A DNA stretch of 64,000 nucleotides, taken from contig CM102284.1 of assembly GCA_046563655.1 (NCBI GenBank), positions 5,580,001 to 5,644,000 on the forward strand, in the 5' to 3' direction. The position numbers and the translations under genes were made by a program. This document shows positions 1-18,300 of the stretch, piece after piece. The notes beneath the pieces are model-generated. The model was given only the letters and a program-made list of their open reading frames with translations, was not told the DNA's origin and did not search any database. This stretch comes from Yuukianura sp. NJ FZ-2021. Its lineage: Eukaryota. Each line of letters starts with the position of its first letter. Position 1 is the stretch's first letter.

Positions 1-93
1 TTTTGTATTTTGCCCATTTCATAAGTGGGAAACTCCTGTATGCGACGTTTGAAAACCTATGCATCTATGCATGTTTTATTTTGAAATTGTGTT

Positions 94-1173
94 CTACAAA
101 AATTTACTCAGCCAAATTAGTAGTAGAGTGACGATTCCTCCTATTCGAAGTTTAGTAGCTCCGGAAATAACGGGGTGAGAGGTTTCAGATTCGGATGTCG
201 ATGGGGTTGTGGTCGAAGCTAAATTAAAATTGATATAAAGTCTTGCGTCTTTTGTAGAGTACAAAGCTGGATCTAAAATAGCATTTAAAAACAACGTCTT
301 TTCAATTTCTTTTGAAAATGACATCCTTGGCCAACCTTTAAACGAATTACCTTTGAAATCCTCCAGAGTTGCAACTGAAATGCGTATAGGATCATAAGTT
401 GTTTGCAAATGTTGTGCGAGTAAATCAAAGTAAAATTTGTTTTGAAAGACAATGTAGCGTGCATCCAAAGTGTTGATTTTACTGTTGTATTCTTTGACAA
501 TCACCTCCTGACACAATTGAGTCCAGTGACTCTTCGGTATCGAAACATAACCGCCTTCTCTGGACACACTTTCTCCCGGATAATCCTAAAAACATTTCAA
601 AAAGTCAAATTCGTACGAGTTTTACTCTTGCAACACCTTGAAGGAAAAACTTACGGAAATGACGGACTGACTTTCGTTGGAATTTTTGAAACGAAAAATC
701 CGGACGATGAAGTCCTGCGCAGTAACTTTTTCTTTACAAATGGGTTTTGGGGTACCCATTCCATTGTTTATAAATGGGTCAACACTAATTCCTATTATGT
801 AGTTGTAGGGTTCAGCGGACGTTGAACTCAGGTCAAACCCAGTTCTGATGATAACTTCAGTATCATTGTCACTCAACATGACACCTAGTGAACAAGTCTT
901 CTTTGTCCAACACTGTGAATCTGGAAGTCCGAAACAAATATTTCCAGGAGCAGAGGTTTCTGGAATGCAGTCGGCATAGACTTTGTCCAAAGCCTTGAAA
1001 AAAACCAAATTTCAAAACAAATTGAAATTTTCAAATCGTTTTTTCTAAAAAATTTGAAAACTTACGGTAGTAGTCAGGTCCTTCTTGGTTGTTCCTCCTT
1101 GGACAATTATAGGAACCAGCAGAGCTAAAACTCCAAAGTATTTTAGAATTAGTTCAAATACAGATTCCACCAT
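94..1173 (-). CDS. Secreted, probably GPI-anchored protein of unrecognised family (~312 aa, 3 exons)
   Basis: Exons 1173-1066, 993-655 and 585-94 join in phase 0 across GT..AG introns. N-terminal signal peptide MVESVFELILKYFGVLALLVPIIVQG; Cys-containing middle (ADCIPE..NICFG..QCWTKKTCS); S/T-rich stalk STTTPSTSESETS; C-terminal SGATKLRIGGIVTLLLIWLSKFL* resembles a GPI signal. AATAAA on the minus strand at 75-80. Confidence 0.75.
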
Positions 1174-3775
1174 TTCTTGAAGTTAGAAAATAGATAAAAA
1201 GTTAAGGTGAAAAAAATTGGAAAAGTTTTAACTGTGAACTTTCACTTTATCCAAAATTGGAAGCCTAAGATTTTGGAAACCTAGGAATTTGGGAATTCAA
1301 AATGAAAAATAGTTTAAGTTTTGATTTTCGGGTTTGAATTTATCAAGAAACTGCAGCTTTTTAATATTCCGTTGGATTGGTTTTAGCTTAAATTTCAGTT
1401 TTCCTTAAATACAGGTTAAAATTCTTTCATTGAATAGAGTACGATGATTAGTCATTTCCTGGACAGTCACTGTTGCATGCCTGGTCTACTTTTTCGGTAT
1501 GACGCTTTCAACTCTAAGTTTGGCACAAATTAGTCACCGCATGCAGGCGGGGCTGTGGTGAGTAAGAAGGTTGATTTAATTTTTAGCGCAGAAGCAACAC
1601 TTCTAAAGCGTCAGCGGAATATTTTGACGCTTGGGTTGGTTTAACCAACGACTTGACGCACGAGCATGTCAAAATTTTGGTCCCAAGGCATCAGCTTCAA
1701 AAAAAAATTCCAGTACCATGTTCGTTCCAAATTTTGAGGCAAATTAGGCTTAAAAACCTAAATTAGGGGGTTAGAGGGGTTAAATGGCTGAGTCATTCAC
1801 CCCGGAGGTTAGGTTAGTTAGGCTAAGTTAGACTTAGCCTAATCTTTGAGTTGTACACAGCCTTACCTAACCGGGTATGTAATTAATTTAAACCTAAAGG
1901 CTTAAACTTCTGCAGCTCCTGTGTGTCTTCGTCGTCCCCCTTCACTCACTTGACTTTTCCAATTTATTTTCTTGTTAGTTTTGGAAAGTGAAAGTGAAAA
2001 TCAGAGAAAGTTCGAAAGTCCCTACTGCTATTCCTACGTTTAACATAGTCTAAGTTACTCAGATTTAAATTCTGTGCATAACAAACCTTGATCCAATTAC
2101 AACTGAATCCGTTGATGAGCTCAATTTGAAACCTCTCGACTAAGGCAAACACAAATTCAAAGAATTTAGGAGAATCCAAGAAAAGAATTTGGAAAATGTA
2201 GAAAAGGAGAAAGCAAAAGTTAATAAATTGGGAACATTCTTCTGTATCTGTTTCATTGATTGGATTGTGACAGAAAGAGAAAGTTCAAAAGTTTTTCTCC
2301 TTTCCAATTCCAGACAAAGTTTTAATCGTAGTAATACGATAGTCTTCAGAAACTTCGAAATAGGGGAGAGCAAACAGGTAAAACTTTTCATTTCTTCCTT
2401 ATGTTCCTATAAATGTCTTCTCGAAAACTAAAAATGGAAAACTTTAATTCAATTTCTTTTTCAGGTTCACATGAATTTTTGAAAAGGAACAAGGAGTAGA
2501 AGGAGTAAGCAGTAAAAGTTGGTGAAATCAATATGGAAATGGAGAGAATATTAACTTTTGAACTTTTCCTCCAAAACTTTTTTTCTTCGTTCAATCATTT
2601 TCCTCGTTTTCTCAAAAAGTGAAAGCCTTCCTGGATCAGTTTCTTCAATTTATTTTGAAATAAAGGGCGCAGAAATTATATTTCCAAAAAATACGTATGC
2701 CAAAATTTTCAATTTTTGACAAATTTAAATTTCGCCAGAACTTTCGATACTCCACAATAACAACTTCTTTACATTGTTAACTAGGTTAACGGTCGGAATC
2801 GTTTTACTTTTAACTTTCGCTGAACTTTTTTTTTCAATTGTTGTGAATTTAAAATTCTTTAAAAACACGACGTCTGAACTATTTAGTTGTGACGAAAGTG
2901 GAATTTTTGCTTTTCCTTTTCCTCCTTTTCTTGTTCTCTTTAGCATTTGACACAAAGAAGTGGAACTTTTCATTATTTGAATTTTGAAATTGTGCTGCCT
3001 GTCAACTGAATTCTATGCAGATCCTGAAATTGAAAAAAATACACGCAGTATATGACTCTCTGACTTTATTTTTGGAAAATCCGTAATCTTGAACCTGTCT
3101 CTCTGTCACGACCATACGGGAACTATTTCTTCTTCAACAAAATAAATAATATCCGAAGAAAAGCGAAGCGGCAATACAACAAAATTCTACAAATATTGAC
3201 TCATTTTTGCTCGAGTTTTTGAAAACACTATTACTCGCACTTGTATTGAATTATTCGTAACCTTGAAACGCTTTTGAACTTTTCAAGCTGTAACTTTTGA
3301 CCTTAATTCTTTAATGGCGTCACATTCTGATATTTTTTCTCCCAATAGATCGTTGCTATTTTTGAAATTCGCTTTAACCATGTCCCACATCCCTTTGTCG
3401 GCAAAGAGTTGAGTGCTCCGAGTTCCTGTGTGACTGAATGGAATTGCCGTTGCACATTTACCTTATCATGTCTGCATTTCCAGAAACAATCAAACCAATT
3501 TACACCTTCTAATTGCCACTTAAGTTTTGAACATTTGGGGAATTTGGGGCAGCAAGTTTCGTTTTTGCCGACTTTCATCACGTAAATTATTGTTTGGTTT
3601 CCGGAATTTCCAAATTCTCCATAACATTCGTCACATGCCAATGGTCAACGTTTCATGTTTGGAAATTGGCCATAAATAGGCAGAAACTCGTGTCAAACGG
3701 TCTCTTATTTTCGGAGTTGGCACGTCATAAGCCCGCACTTCACAAGCAGTTTCGTAAAAATTCGCACTGGTCAAA

Positions 3776-5047
3776 ATGCCCGGAAAAATTTTGACTGAAG
3801 CTGATAAGGAAAACGCAGAGAATTTCGCTCCGAATGCTGAGTTATTTCAAGATTCGGTGAAAGGAAACATTTGTTTTCTGCCGAGACACTACAATGACTA
3901 CTCCAAAATTATCGAAAATTTTGAAGTGCGTGATACTGACGTTTGGGTGGTTTCGTATATTAAAGCGGGTAAGAAATTTCAAAAACTTTCAAAATTTTGA
4001 CGGAAATTTCAGAACTTAAGTTTTTGTGCTTCACACGTTAGGCACAACCTGGACGCAGGAAATGGCTTGGTTGATTGGGAATGACCTGGACTATGAAGGA
4101 GCTCAGGAGATTCTGCCTCTGAGATTCCCATATTTTGAATTCGACACGACTTGGAGTAACAAACTAGGAGGAGGTCAAAGGTCAAACAGAGCTACAACTT
4201 CTATGGACGTCGTTCATCGTATGAGTCACGACAGGCCAAGATACATTAAAACCCATCTTCCATTTCATCTTCTGCCGAAACAGATTAGGTCAGGGGTCAA
4301 GTCACCTAAGATCATTTACTGTGCTCGAAACCCCAAAGACGTCTGCGTGTCATTCTACCATCACCGTGTTCTTACTGAAGACTACGCAGGGTCACTGGAT
4401 GACTTTGTAGATGAATTCATCGGCACAGTCGCAAATTGTAAGAAATTTCAATCACTCTGTTTTAAAAAAAGCTTCCTCTCTACAAAATTTTGACGTTTTT
4501 GAAAACATTTTCAAATTTCCTAGCCAAGTATGCCCCCTACTGGAGTCACGTTGGTGAGTTTTGGAAACGTCAGAATCAGTCCAACATTCTGTTCATAACG
4601 TATGAGGAAATGAAAGAGGTAAGCTGCTAATTCAGAAACAATACGATTTCAAATTTGTGAAATTAGACAAAAAGTGGAAAAAAAAATACAAACATCGACA
4701 TACGAAACTGAGAATTTCAAAAGTATCTTCTGGTGCTTCTTTAGAATCTGAAATCAGTTGTTGGGAAATGTGCCAAATTCCTGGACAAGACAATCAGCCC
4801 AGAAGCTCTGCCTAGTCTTCTGAATCACCTCAGTTTTGAATCTATGCGAGTCAATCCCTTTGTGAATTACGATGAAATTACAGAGACGTTGGTCAGAGCC
4901 AGAGGGAAGGAAAGGAAAAGTCATTTCATGAGGAAAGGAAAAGTTGGCTCTTGGAAAGAAGAACTTTCACCACAATCCATTTCAAAATTTAACACATGGA
5001 TCAACCACAATCAAATTCAAGGAATTTGGAACAAAACTTTTTTCTAA
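3776..5047 (+). CDS. Cytosolic PAPS-dependent sulfotransferase (SULT1-like, ~328 aa, 4 exons)
   Basis: Exons 3776-3968, 4042-4437, 4524-4618, 4745-5047 (987 nt, in frame). 5'-PSB loop SYIKAGTTW, catalytic KTHLP, 3'-PB motif YCARNPKDVCVSFYHH, YEEMK and C-terminal RKGKVGSWK. Confidence 0.93.
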
Positions 5048-6550
5048 AACACAACAATCCAATTTTTACCTTTTCAAAACTGAACTAAAAGCTGAACACT
5101 TTCGATTTCGAAAATTCTTCAGATTTACACTTGGATTTGTCTGTGTTGTCAGAATTTTACTGAGGCTTGATTTGATTTTGTTAAAACTTGAAAAAAATGT
5201 TGTTACAAAATTATTACTGTTGAAAGAAAGACAAATATAGTGAAGCGTAGGTGTGCCTGCTCACGCTCATGCAACTTTCCCATTTACTTTCCCTTGTCCA
5301 ATTTTCTCTTGGTAGACAAAGTTCGTTTGACACGGAAGGTGGATTAAGTATTTTATTTTCGATTACTTTCACTTTCTGTACCATAGTACACCTTCTGCCT
5401 ACCTTCAAAAGCTCCCAATAGTTAATTATAAGGAGCTTAACTTTCTCCATTTCAGGGAAATATGGAAGATCCATCAAGGGCCTTTTAGCTTAACCTAACA
5501 TAAACTCAAAGCTAGATTGATTGCGAACCACTTAGGCTGACTAATATGGCTGCCAAAACTTAACTTTTATTTTTGAACGAACAAAAAACCAAAGGTCTCA
5601 TTATTTTCATTGGTTCAGTCATAGTTACTTCCGCCAAACAAAACGCTTTTGCTATCAAAACTTTTCTCCTGAAAACGCATTGTGAAACGAAAACAAAATT
5701 CTCCTTCTATCCAGAGAAAGCGGCAGCGAAAGTTCACAGCGAAGTAACGAGGAATTTTGATTTCAAAACCTACATTTAGTTTAAATTCATCTGAAAAGCA
5801 TTAGCTTTTTGAATTGTTTTGGACAACTAAAAAAGAAAAACACCAGTCTACAGTGATGCAAACTTTCTTTTAAGAAAAGTTAGTTTTGTTAGGTTAGTTG
5901 AATTATTGACTTGCTTTGGGTTAAGTTACTTTGGATGTCGTTGAAAAGCAATAAGAGGTAGAATTTGGGCGTTGTGCCCTTGGGAGTTGAGGTTTCTTTT
6001 CTTATGATTATCGACCGAGACTGGCAGCATCTGGATCCTACATTTTCCCTGGCCCGTTTCCATAATAAAGTAAAAACGGGAAAGTCGGGGGAGACGCACT
6101 TGAGCAAGGAAACAATGAAGAGGCGTAGAAACGACATTGTTAAGGAAATCTGTAAGGAAGGAGCTCATAAATTACCTTGGGCTCAAACATATTTTAGCAC
6201 CACCACCAAAGGCTTAGCAACTAAAATGGCTACAGGAATTCCTCAACGCTTCCAGGATTTCCTACTCCTCCAGCAATGTAAAACGAAAATTTGAAAATGC
6301 AACCTCTGAGACATTTGAGTAAAAGTAAATGTAGTTACTCTTGCATTTTTGAGGTAAATAAATGACCTGAAATGAAACATTGCCAAAATTTCTCTCACTG
6401 AAACGAAGCAACAATTTTTTTGTGAAAGGTTATTGCTAAAAACAGGCATTTTTCAATATCTTTTCTGTCCAACCGAGTTAAAATACAAAGTTTTTAAAAG
6501 TGAAAGTTTGAAATTATTATAAATTGTTATAAAATAAGTTGCAAGTTGCA

Positions 6551-6563
6551 AGGTCATTGACTA
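6551..6563. promoter_or_regulatory. Candidate IR1 nuclear-receptor (EcR/USP-like) element upstream of the Na,K-ATPase
   Basis: AGGTCA-T-TGACTA, overlapping an FTZ-F1-like CAAGGTCA, about 270 bp upstream of ATG 6821. Confidence 0.35.
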
Positions 6564-6820
6564 AATGAGAAAAAATGAGGAATGTAATGCATCATGGTTG
6601 CCTTGGAGATTTCTTGCAGTCGGGAAGCGAAAAATTCAAACAAATAAAAAAAAAACTTAGCACTGGCTTTCGTTGACCTTTCGAGTTTCACTTTTCTCCA
6701 GCCATCATCGTAATCAGCGTTCCGCCGTTTCGCGCTGCTACTGGAATCTGGAGTTGGATGTCACGAATTTAACAATTATCTCCGAAATCTGTTGTGGTTG
6801 TTTCAATTGAAACAGCAAAA

Positions 6821-10965
<4,145 letters not shown>

Positions 10966-13900
10966 AGTCATCTTATCCTCAAATTCCACATCTAAAGTTT
11001 CAAAAACGAAAGACGAATAATCAACCACTCCAAAATTCCTAGTCAAGTTAACCAAAAAGCAATACCAAATATTCAACATTTTCACTTCTCCTACTGTAAT
11101 AAATCATGAACGCATTTGAACACAAATGACAACCAAAGTTATGTTCGCAACGAAACGGACAGAATACTAAAACCAGCTTTCTTCTCAACTTTATACTAAA
11201 TCAGCTAAACTTTCACCAGTTTCTCAACTTCTTAATCCTAATGCAATTTTTACCCAAGATTCCGTGAATGTTGAAAGATTTGAGTTTTTAACACGAAAAT
11301 TTCGGTTTATGAAAGCAAGTTCCCGTTCTTTTTTTACTTCTGCTTCCCTCGGCCAAACTTTTACAACAGTTCAATAAAAATTCTATTCTGGTACTTTTAC
11401 ATTTTTACAATCCTAACTGTAAATAATTGGAGGAAGTCTTAACATTTGTCTTCTTATCGTGTGGAGCTTTTAGAGTTACAACGTCATTAGCTCCCCTTAT
11501 TTCCAACTACAACTTGGTCTCATTTGTCCTTTCCAAATGTTACCAATGCCCAAATGTCACGCTAGTGTGCTCCGGAAGTCACTTCCAAGCAACACCAACA
11601 GCCCGCTTTCGTTCCCCGTTTTCCCGTATTAAAGAAAAAAGTAAAAGGAAACTTGTTACAACTCTCATAAAGTTGTCTAAAAAGTTCAGTTAATCATTTT
11701 GTCCTAAAAACTTGCAAAAAGTTTCGCACAAAAACTTTTTAGACCATTTTGATAAGGATCCCCTTGCTTTTTGGATTTCGGGTGAAAGCAGGTGAAAGTC
11801 CTTGCTTCCACTTTTCAAAAAGAAGGAAAACACCGATTTTTTTTTCATTTTTGAACTTTTTTTTTGAATATTTATGAAAGCCTAATGTAGAATTAAGGTT
11901 GAGCCTCGAGGAAACGTATAATTTTGAGATCATTCTGTGTGTCTCTGGACCTTTCTCTGGACAAGCAAGATCTGACGGAGATTACATTATTTACATTTCG
12001 GAATTATTTATGAACTAAAGTCCCACTTTCTCCTTAGACTTAACCTAAAGGGGATGATGGAGGCTTTAAGAAAAAAGTAGTACGAGAGGCACTGTTTTAG
12101 AAAACAGACACTTTGTCTCTTACCTTTCCCGTTTTTTTAGAACAAAATTTAAAATTCTCTCCTTTTTCATAACTTTTGTGCTGCTCAGTTTGAACTTTTT
12201 CAGGACTGACTGAAAGTCTCCTTTAACTTCGCTCCAGTGAAGAGGATGAAGGTTGTTCTACCCGCCGCCTCTCTAGAGGATTGCGTCTTCCTGCTCCAGC
12301 TCTTAATTCATCTCGACTTCAAACTTAAGGATCCAGCTAGCACGAACTACTTTTTTTTTACTTTTCTAAAAAAGCGTCAAAAATTCGTAATTTTTCGTCT
12401 TTTTAAAACTAGGAGCAGAGGTCTCTTGGGACTTCATGAGGAAAGCTGACGCCGCCGTTTCTCCAAGTGTACTCTGGGTACTTAACACGGTTCCTAGTTT
12501 TTCATTTTCTCAAAAACCTAGGCGAGTGCGCGTGATTGTATCAATTTAACACAACATTTTTTTAGAAACCTGAAAAAACTAGAGACTGAATCTGGAATCT
12601 CAAAATTATGAAGTACACAAAATCAAATCTTTGGAGGACTGAAAGAGTTCTTCTGCTCTGATTCCCGCGGAGTACTCTAAAGAAGACGGAGTCAGTCGCT
12701 GGATCGCTTGGTTGAACGCTGTTTCCAGATCGCTGGAAACATAACTCCATAACTCTCCAAGCCGAGGTTGACCACAAGGGAATATTGAATTGAAGGAGGC
12801 TGAAGACAGGTTAGGTTAAGCCAACATTAACTGAGAGGCAACTCAAGAGTAACCAATTGGAGCCAAAAACTGTCCACTGGGAGAATTTTGAAAAAAAAAT
12901 GGAGAAAACGAGAAAAAAGGAAAAGGAGTAAACGAGGAAGAAGGAAGAGCTGAGGAGACTGTTAGCACATACTAATGCTATTTCTCTGGATTGGTTAGTA
13001 GTTTCTTGGAAGAGTGTCAGCAACATTTGGGTTTAGAAAGTCAGCGAAGCATACTTGATTCAATTTACTTTGGTTCACAGGATTTTCATTGATACACAGG
13101 AGGAGGAAAAGCAGAGGCAGAGAACCAAGGGGATCCTGAACGAAGTCTTTAGCAACAACATGACTTTCTCTTGCGAGGATGTTTACAGTCATAAGTGGTT
13201 CTTCCGTTCAAGTCCTTCCAGTCCTTAACCAACCTCCAAGCTTTCCTCTTGGGGAAACAAGGAAAAGAAGAAATCCTGAATAGAATCTCAATCAACTCCA
13301 CCAACGTCATTCCAGTCCAAAACTTTCTCTTTTTAAACCAAACGAATACAACAAACTACGCTTTTTGAAGACAAAACAACGGTTTTTTGGAGACATTGTT
13401 CCAGACTTAACGAATCGGAGAAACTGATTCCTCCGATAGAAAAACGGAGGTTCACTTTACGAAAAGGACAATTTACCTCTTCACTTTATGAAAAAAGAAT
13501 TTAGAGGCTAAGCCCTCTGTTGTAACCAAATTTTGAACATTTAGAGATGTCATTTAACAGTAAAATTGCTGGGTAGAATTTTCTGAATTTGAAATTTTTC
13601 ACGTTTTTTAAAGTCTCTAACCAGTAATTAATGAAGAAATTTTTACCACTCTTGTAAGACCTCCAAAAACTTAGCTGATTAGTACTTTGATTGCTAAAAG
13701 CCTACTTAATTAACATTAATTTTTGTCATAATCTGCTTGGGGTTTTAGGAAGTTGACTAAAACTGGGAAAAGAGAGAATCAGGATTGTGAGTAGACACGA
13801 ATATCCGATTGTTCCGAGGATTTGTCAATCGCGTCCGCTCTCGGATCTTGAGGCTATCCGTGTTTCTTCCTACAAAAGGAAGTGAAAGTGTGGAACTACA

Positions 13901-15143
13901 GTTGGCCATTAGTGTAATGACTTTCTCTCCATTATGATGAGGAAAGGGAATCGTAATGGAGAAAGTCTCTTTTAGGAAATGATGATGATAACCCTCATCA
14001 GCTTTATGAGTTAGAAGGTGGTTGGTTAGGTTAGGAAACCTTTAGAACAGATTCTACATTCTAAGGCTGGATTTCAAATTCAAACGGTTCAAAAAACACC
14101 AGGCAGTGGCACTCACTATAAGCTGCCCTTATGGTGAAAGTTAAGGTGATGCTGATGTCGTTCCAGCAGGTTTTAAGAAAGAGATGCTGGTGGATGAACG
14201 GAAACAGAAAGTGAAAGTTGATGTTTTCTGGTCTAAAAGTAAAAGTCTTGAATGAAAAGCGGCTTTCAGTTGGCGGGAAAGTTCAAATGATAAATACAAC
14301 TTTCACTGCCGTTGAAGAGAACAACACCATCTGCCCGCAACAGTCATTTGCAGTGACCTCATCAACAGAATTGACCTGCTGGAAAACTTTCTAGTCTTAA
14401 ACTAAAAAAAAACTCACTTTTTTCAACTTGCTTGGGCTTTTAGGTTGAAAGTTTAACACCAAAGGTTAAGTTCCGGATTGCACTACAGCTTTCAAAACAA
14501 ACTCAAAAGTGGAACGCATGCTCCTAGTAATCCAGTGTAACTTAACTGACATGAAATATTGGTTTTTTGGAAACTTCTTTTGAAAAAGAAAAATCATTGG
14601 AAAAACGGAAGCTTCGAAACGTTAAGAAAAAGATAAATCGCTCCTTCTGCACTTTTTTCTGCGAATCTTTCTGCCTCAACGCATCTTCGCTCCTACTTTC
14701 ATTTCAAGTCAGTTTAAAAAACTACGACTGTGAAGTTGCAGGTTTAATTTGAAAAGACAACTTTTGGAAATTTTGTTTTAAACTTAAATTTTAAAATGGT
14801 TTTTAAAAATTTTAACAATGTCAGTGTTTTCCAATTCCATAAGTGTTGCACGAAACCACTAAAGTACTTGCCACGTGCCAAGGCGGAAACAAATGTCTCC
14901 AGATTGTTCATCTCCTGCTGTTACAAATTTTCGGTCCGTTGAATCCTCTGTGGTGAAAGTCGTAAATCTAAATTCGACAGAACACGATTCCTGTTTTTTC
15001 AAAATTCGAAGTAAAGGAGAGAAAAAAAAGTTTTTAGAAATAGAAGCTTTTTTGGATTTTGAAAATTAGACAATTTGTAAACGAATTTTGAACATTACAA
15101 AGCTTTTCGTGTTTACAACTATTTTGATTTTCCAAATTCACTC

Positions 15144-15397
15144 GCGGCTTGGATGCATTAGTAAATTGAGACAGCGCCATTTTGAATTCGCTTTTACCCT
15201 AACGATTCACATTTTTTCTCCAATTTTGGTTGTGTTTCGGGTAGTAAAAATTGACATGCCTTAGCTTTAGTGTTTAGGGGAAGGGGTAGGTTAGGACGGT
15301 GGGCACTTGGGAAATGTAGCTGATGGGTTTGGATGGACCCGGGGAGTGAATTATGGGACACGCTTTTCAAAAACCGATTTATTGTCTCCATGAGTCC
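15144..15397. mobile_element. Putative non-autonomous DNA element (~254 bp) with 8-bp TSD
   Basis: Flanked by direct repeat ATTCACTC (15136-15143 and 15398-15405). Ends are only weakly inverted; G-rich interior includes GGGTAGGTTAGG. Confidence 0.4.
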
Positions 15398-18300
15398 ATT
15401 CACTCAGAACAACAGATAGGCTGCTCAGCAATTGAATAAGCACAACAATGGAAAAACCATATTCCTATCAACAAAATTGCTTAACCTAATGTAATAGACT
15501 CAGTTAGTCTATTACGTAACATTACATAAACTGAACAGCGGTGGATCGGGTGTAAATTATTCCAGAAATCCAGAATCAGAGCTCAAGTTTTTGGAGAAAG
15601 CATTTGTTTCGGATTTCGATTTTCCCAATGTTTCTAGAAAGATCTAGAAATTGTTTCACATTGTTCTATTTCAATTGTCTAGTTCAGAGTAGATTCCATT
15701 TGAGCTGGAGTCAATCGTTACCAAACCTCACAATAGACTTACCCAAAAATAATCTCCTTGTTGCTCCCTTCCAGAACTTTTCCGTTTTTTCTTGGATTTT
15801 GAATTAGCAAACTGAATCTCACTGCAGACGAGAGTTTGGAGTCAGTGAAGCGAAAACAGTTTCTTTCAGTTCCCTTCAATCCAACTACTTTCTCCAGTTC
15901 AATCAGTCAGATCCAGCGCTGCAGTTTCAGTTCCAGGAAAAGTTTCTCAAGGCAAAACTCCAGTCGGTTAGGTTAAAGCACGAATTTTTGGTGTAACAGC
16001 GTCCCACGGTTGAGGGCGTAAGTGAAGGAATGAAGGCGGGAGAAAGCCATCAGGAAAATTGGTCTCATGGGCGATCCCCGTCTTCCCATGTCCGCCTCCC
16101 ATAAGTAGTTACTTCCCGCACTTTCTTTTTCATTCCACTAAGCCACTACTTTCACTCACTCCGAATGCGGATATGACCCTAATCCTGCTTTTGAACTTCC
16201 AACTTCAACCACTACTATGGTCCACCATTGAACACAAATTTCCCATTGATGTTTCTCCCCTGCCAAGACATGCCAAACCAAACCGAAGGAATTGTTTTGA
16301 CATAAATGACTTTTTTCCTTTTATGAAAATTTGAAAATCTAACTTTCTCCCTTCAGCCTAGGGAATGTTAAGGTTCTACAGCTTACCAAAGGGGTTTGGC
16401 GGGAGTGAAAGTTGGATTCAAACGCAGGTTGAATTTACATGAACTTTCATTCGTGTGCCTCTGGAATGCGCAATTTGAAATGCATGTTTGGTTTGCACTT
16501 TTAGATGTAGACAGAATTCCGACGATTCTGTGTATTAGGCAGGAACCGCTGGAATTCGGGTAGAATTTGACATGCGGATGCCATAAATAGGATAAGTGAG
16601 ACTACGATAGGAAGAAATAAGAGCCAGAACAACCTACCCAAAACCTTTTGCGCATAAACTACAAATGTCCTGGTTATTTTGGAACGTTGTTTGAACTGAG
16701 GTTGTTGGGTTAGTGTGAACTCAAAAGCAGCGACAGTGCGTGCAGAAAAACTTCCCCACAACCAGCGGTTTCATCCAAAAGAAACGACAGGGAATCATGA
16801 CATTCATTACATGACAGATACGACCATTTTTAGTACTTGGAGGGAAAAAGGTGGACTCTCAGACCCATCATCATCACTTTTCTAAACGGGAGTTTTCAAC
16901 CTCCCTGCCCCACCTTAAAATCCAATAGCCACCGCCACTCCACCTAAAAAGCCCCACCAACCACCCAGAGAGTGAAATATTACTTTCCATTTTAACCACA
17001 TTTTCATTTTGGAACAGAATTTTCTAATTTACTTTCCTCTTCTTCCGTCTCCCTCTCCATGGACCAACTCAATAAATCAAAAAACTCGAAATAAGAAATG
17101 AATCAATATATTTCTTTGAAAACACGTACCATAAAAAACGAAGAAAAAAAATAGAACATGACCAAGAATTTTTTTTTTCAAAAAAGTGAAAGTGAAAGTA
17201 CTTAGCAAAGGCAGATTCTTATCAACCAAGGACAAACACAAAAAGATTCCCACGATTTCTATAAATTTTTTAGCTTTTCTAATAAAAGTACCTCCGTTAT
17301 TATTGTTTTGTTTGTCTGCAAATTTTTATTGACTTTTTTTATTAGCTTTATTTGATCGATGAGTGCAGGTCGAGAGGAGAAAGTTTGACATTTGTTAATA
17401 TTTGACCATTTGATTCCCTGGATTTTCTGGAAATGTCTTCTTTGGACCATTTATCCCCATTTATGAGAAATGGGAGAAGGAAGAGGATTTGAGTAAAAAA
17501 TTGACAGAGGGAATGGACCATACTAGGACCAGGTAGATTCCTTTCCAATTCAACTTTTGGCAACCAGCCGGAAGTTATGAGGCTACTGCCAAAGCTACAA
17601 TGTTAGGTTATGCCAGGCACAGCAAGCGGTTTAGTTTCACTTTCTTCAGATTAGTGGTTTCTAAGAAATAATGGATGAAGCCGAGGTTGATCGATTTCTG
17701 GTTCTTAGCCACTAATACCACGGAGGCAGGACTCAGTCACGGCTTTCTCTTCCTGCTTTCCACCAAAACGAGGAGCCTTAAGCCTTAGGTCGTCGGTTAA
17801 CACCTAACCGCATCTTCGTCTTGTAAGCAGTTATATAGCCCCTATCCATCGTCGTCGGAAGGTTACGTTAGTTTGACCACGAACGAGACCCTTATTCAGG
17901 TTAGGTTCTCAGTGGTGAACTGAATTCGGAAGACACGACTTGACCGAGGAAGAGGCTTAGACAATAAGTTAGACCGCGAAAGCTCTTCTCGACAGTCATT
18001 CATTTGCTGTTAACGATATCTTCCTGACTCGACTCGTAAGTCGCCAAAACACAAAGTCAGCTTCAGCAGTTCAGCCGACCTTAAGCGCTGACGCTGGATC
18101 TGGAACTGGCGCTGAAGTGCTCACCCAGTGACAGTTGTGGTTGCAATGTTAATCCATCAGCTCACTCCGACTCCCGCAGCCTAACTTTCACTTTTACTGA
18201 ACATGGTGCAAAAAATTATTCTACTGATTTTTTTTTGAAAAATTTATACTTCTCAAAGAAAAGTTTTCAAAACAACTAGCCCAGAGCAACAATTTGGGAT

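Noticed and set aside
1964-2973. Several short minus-strand ORFs as a fragmented gene
   Set aside because: Could not be joined by consistent splice sites or assigned any motif.
3303-3641. 112-aa Cys/Trp-containing ORF
   Set aside because: Non-ATG start, no recognisable domain or splice partners; lies just upstream of the sulfotransferase.
5965-6294. ORF containing LDPT, a possible tarsal-less/mlpt peptide
   Set aside because: Reads LDPTFS rather than LDPTGxY, occurs once, and has no smORF cluster.
11925-11934. bantam-like TGAGATCATT
   Set aside because: Only 10 nt match; no precursor hairpin.
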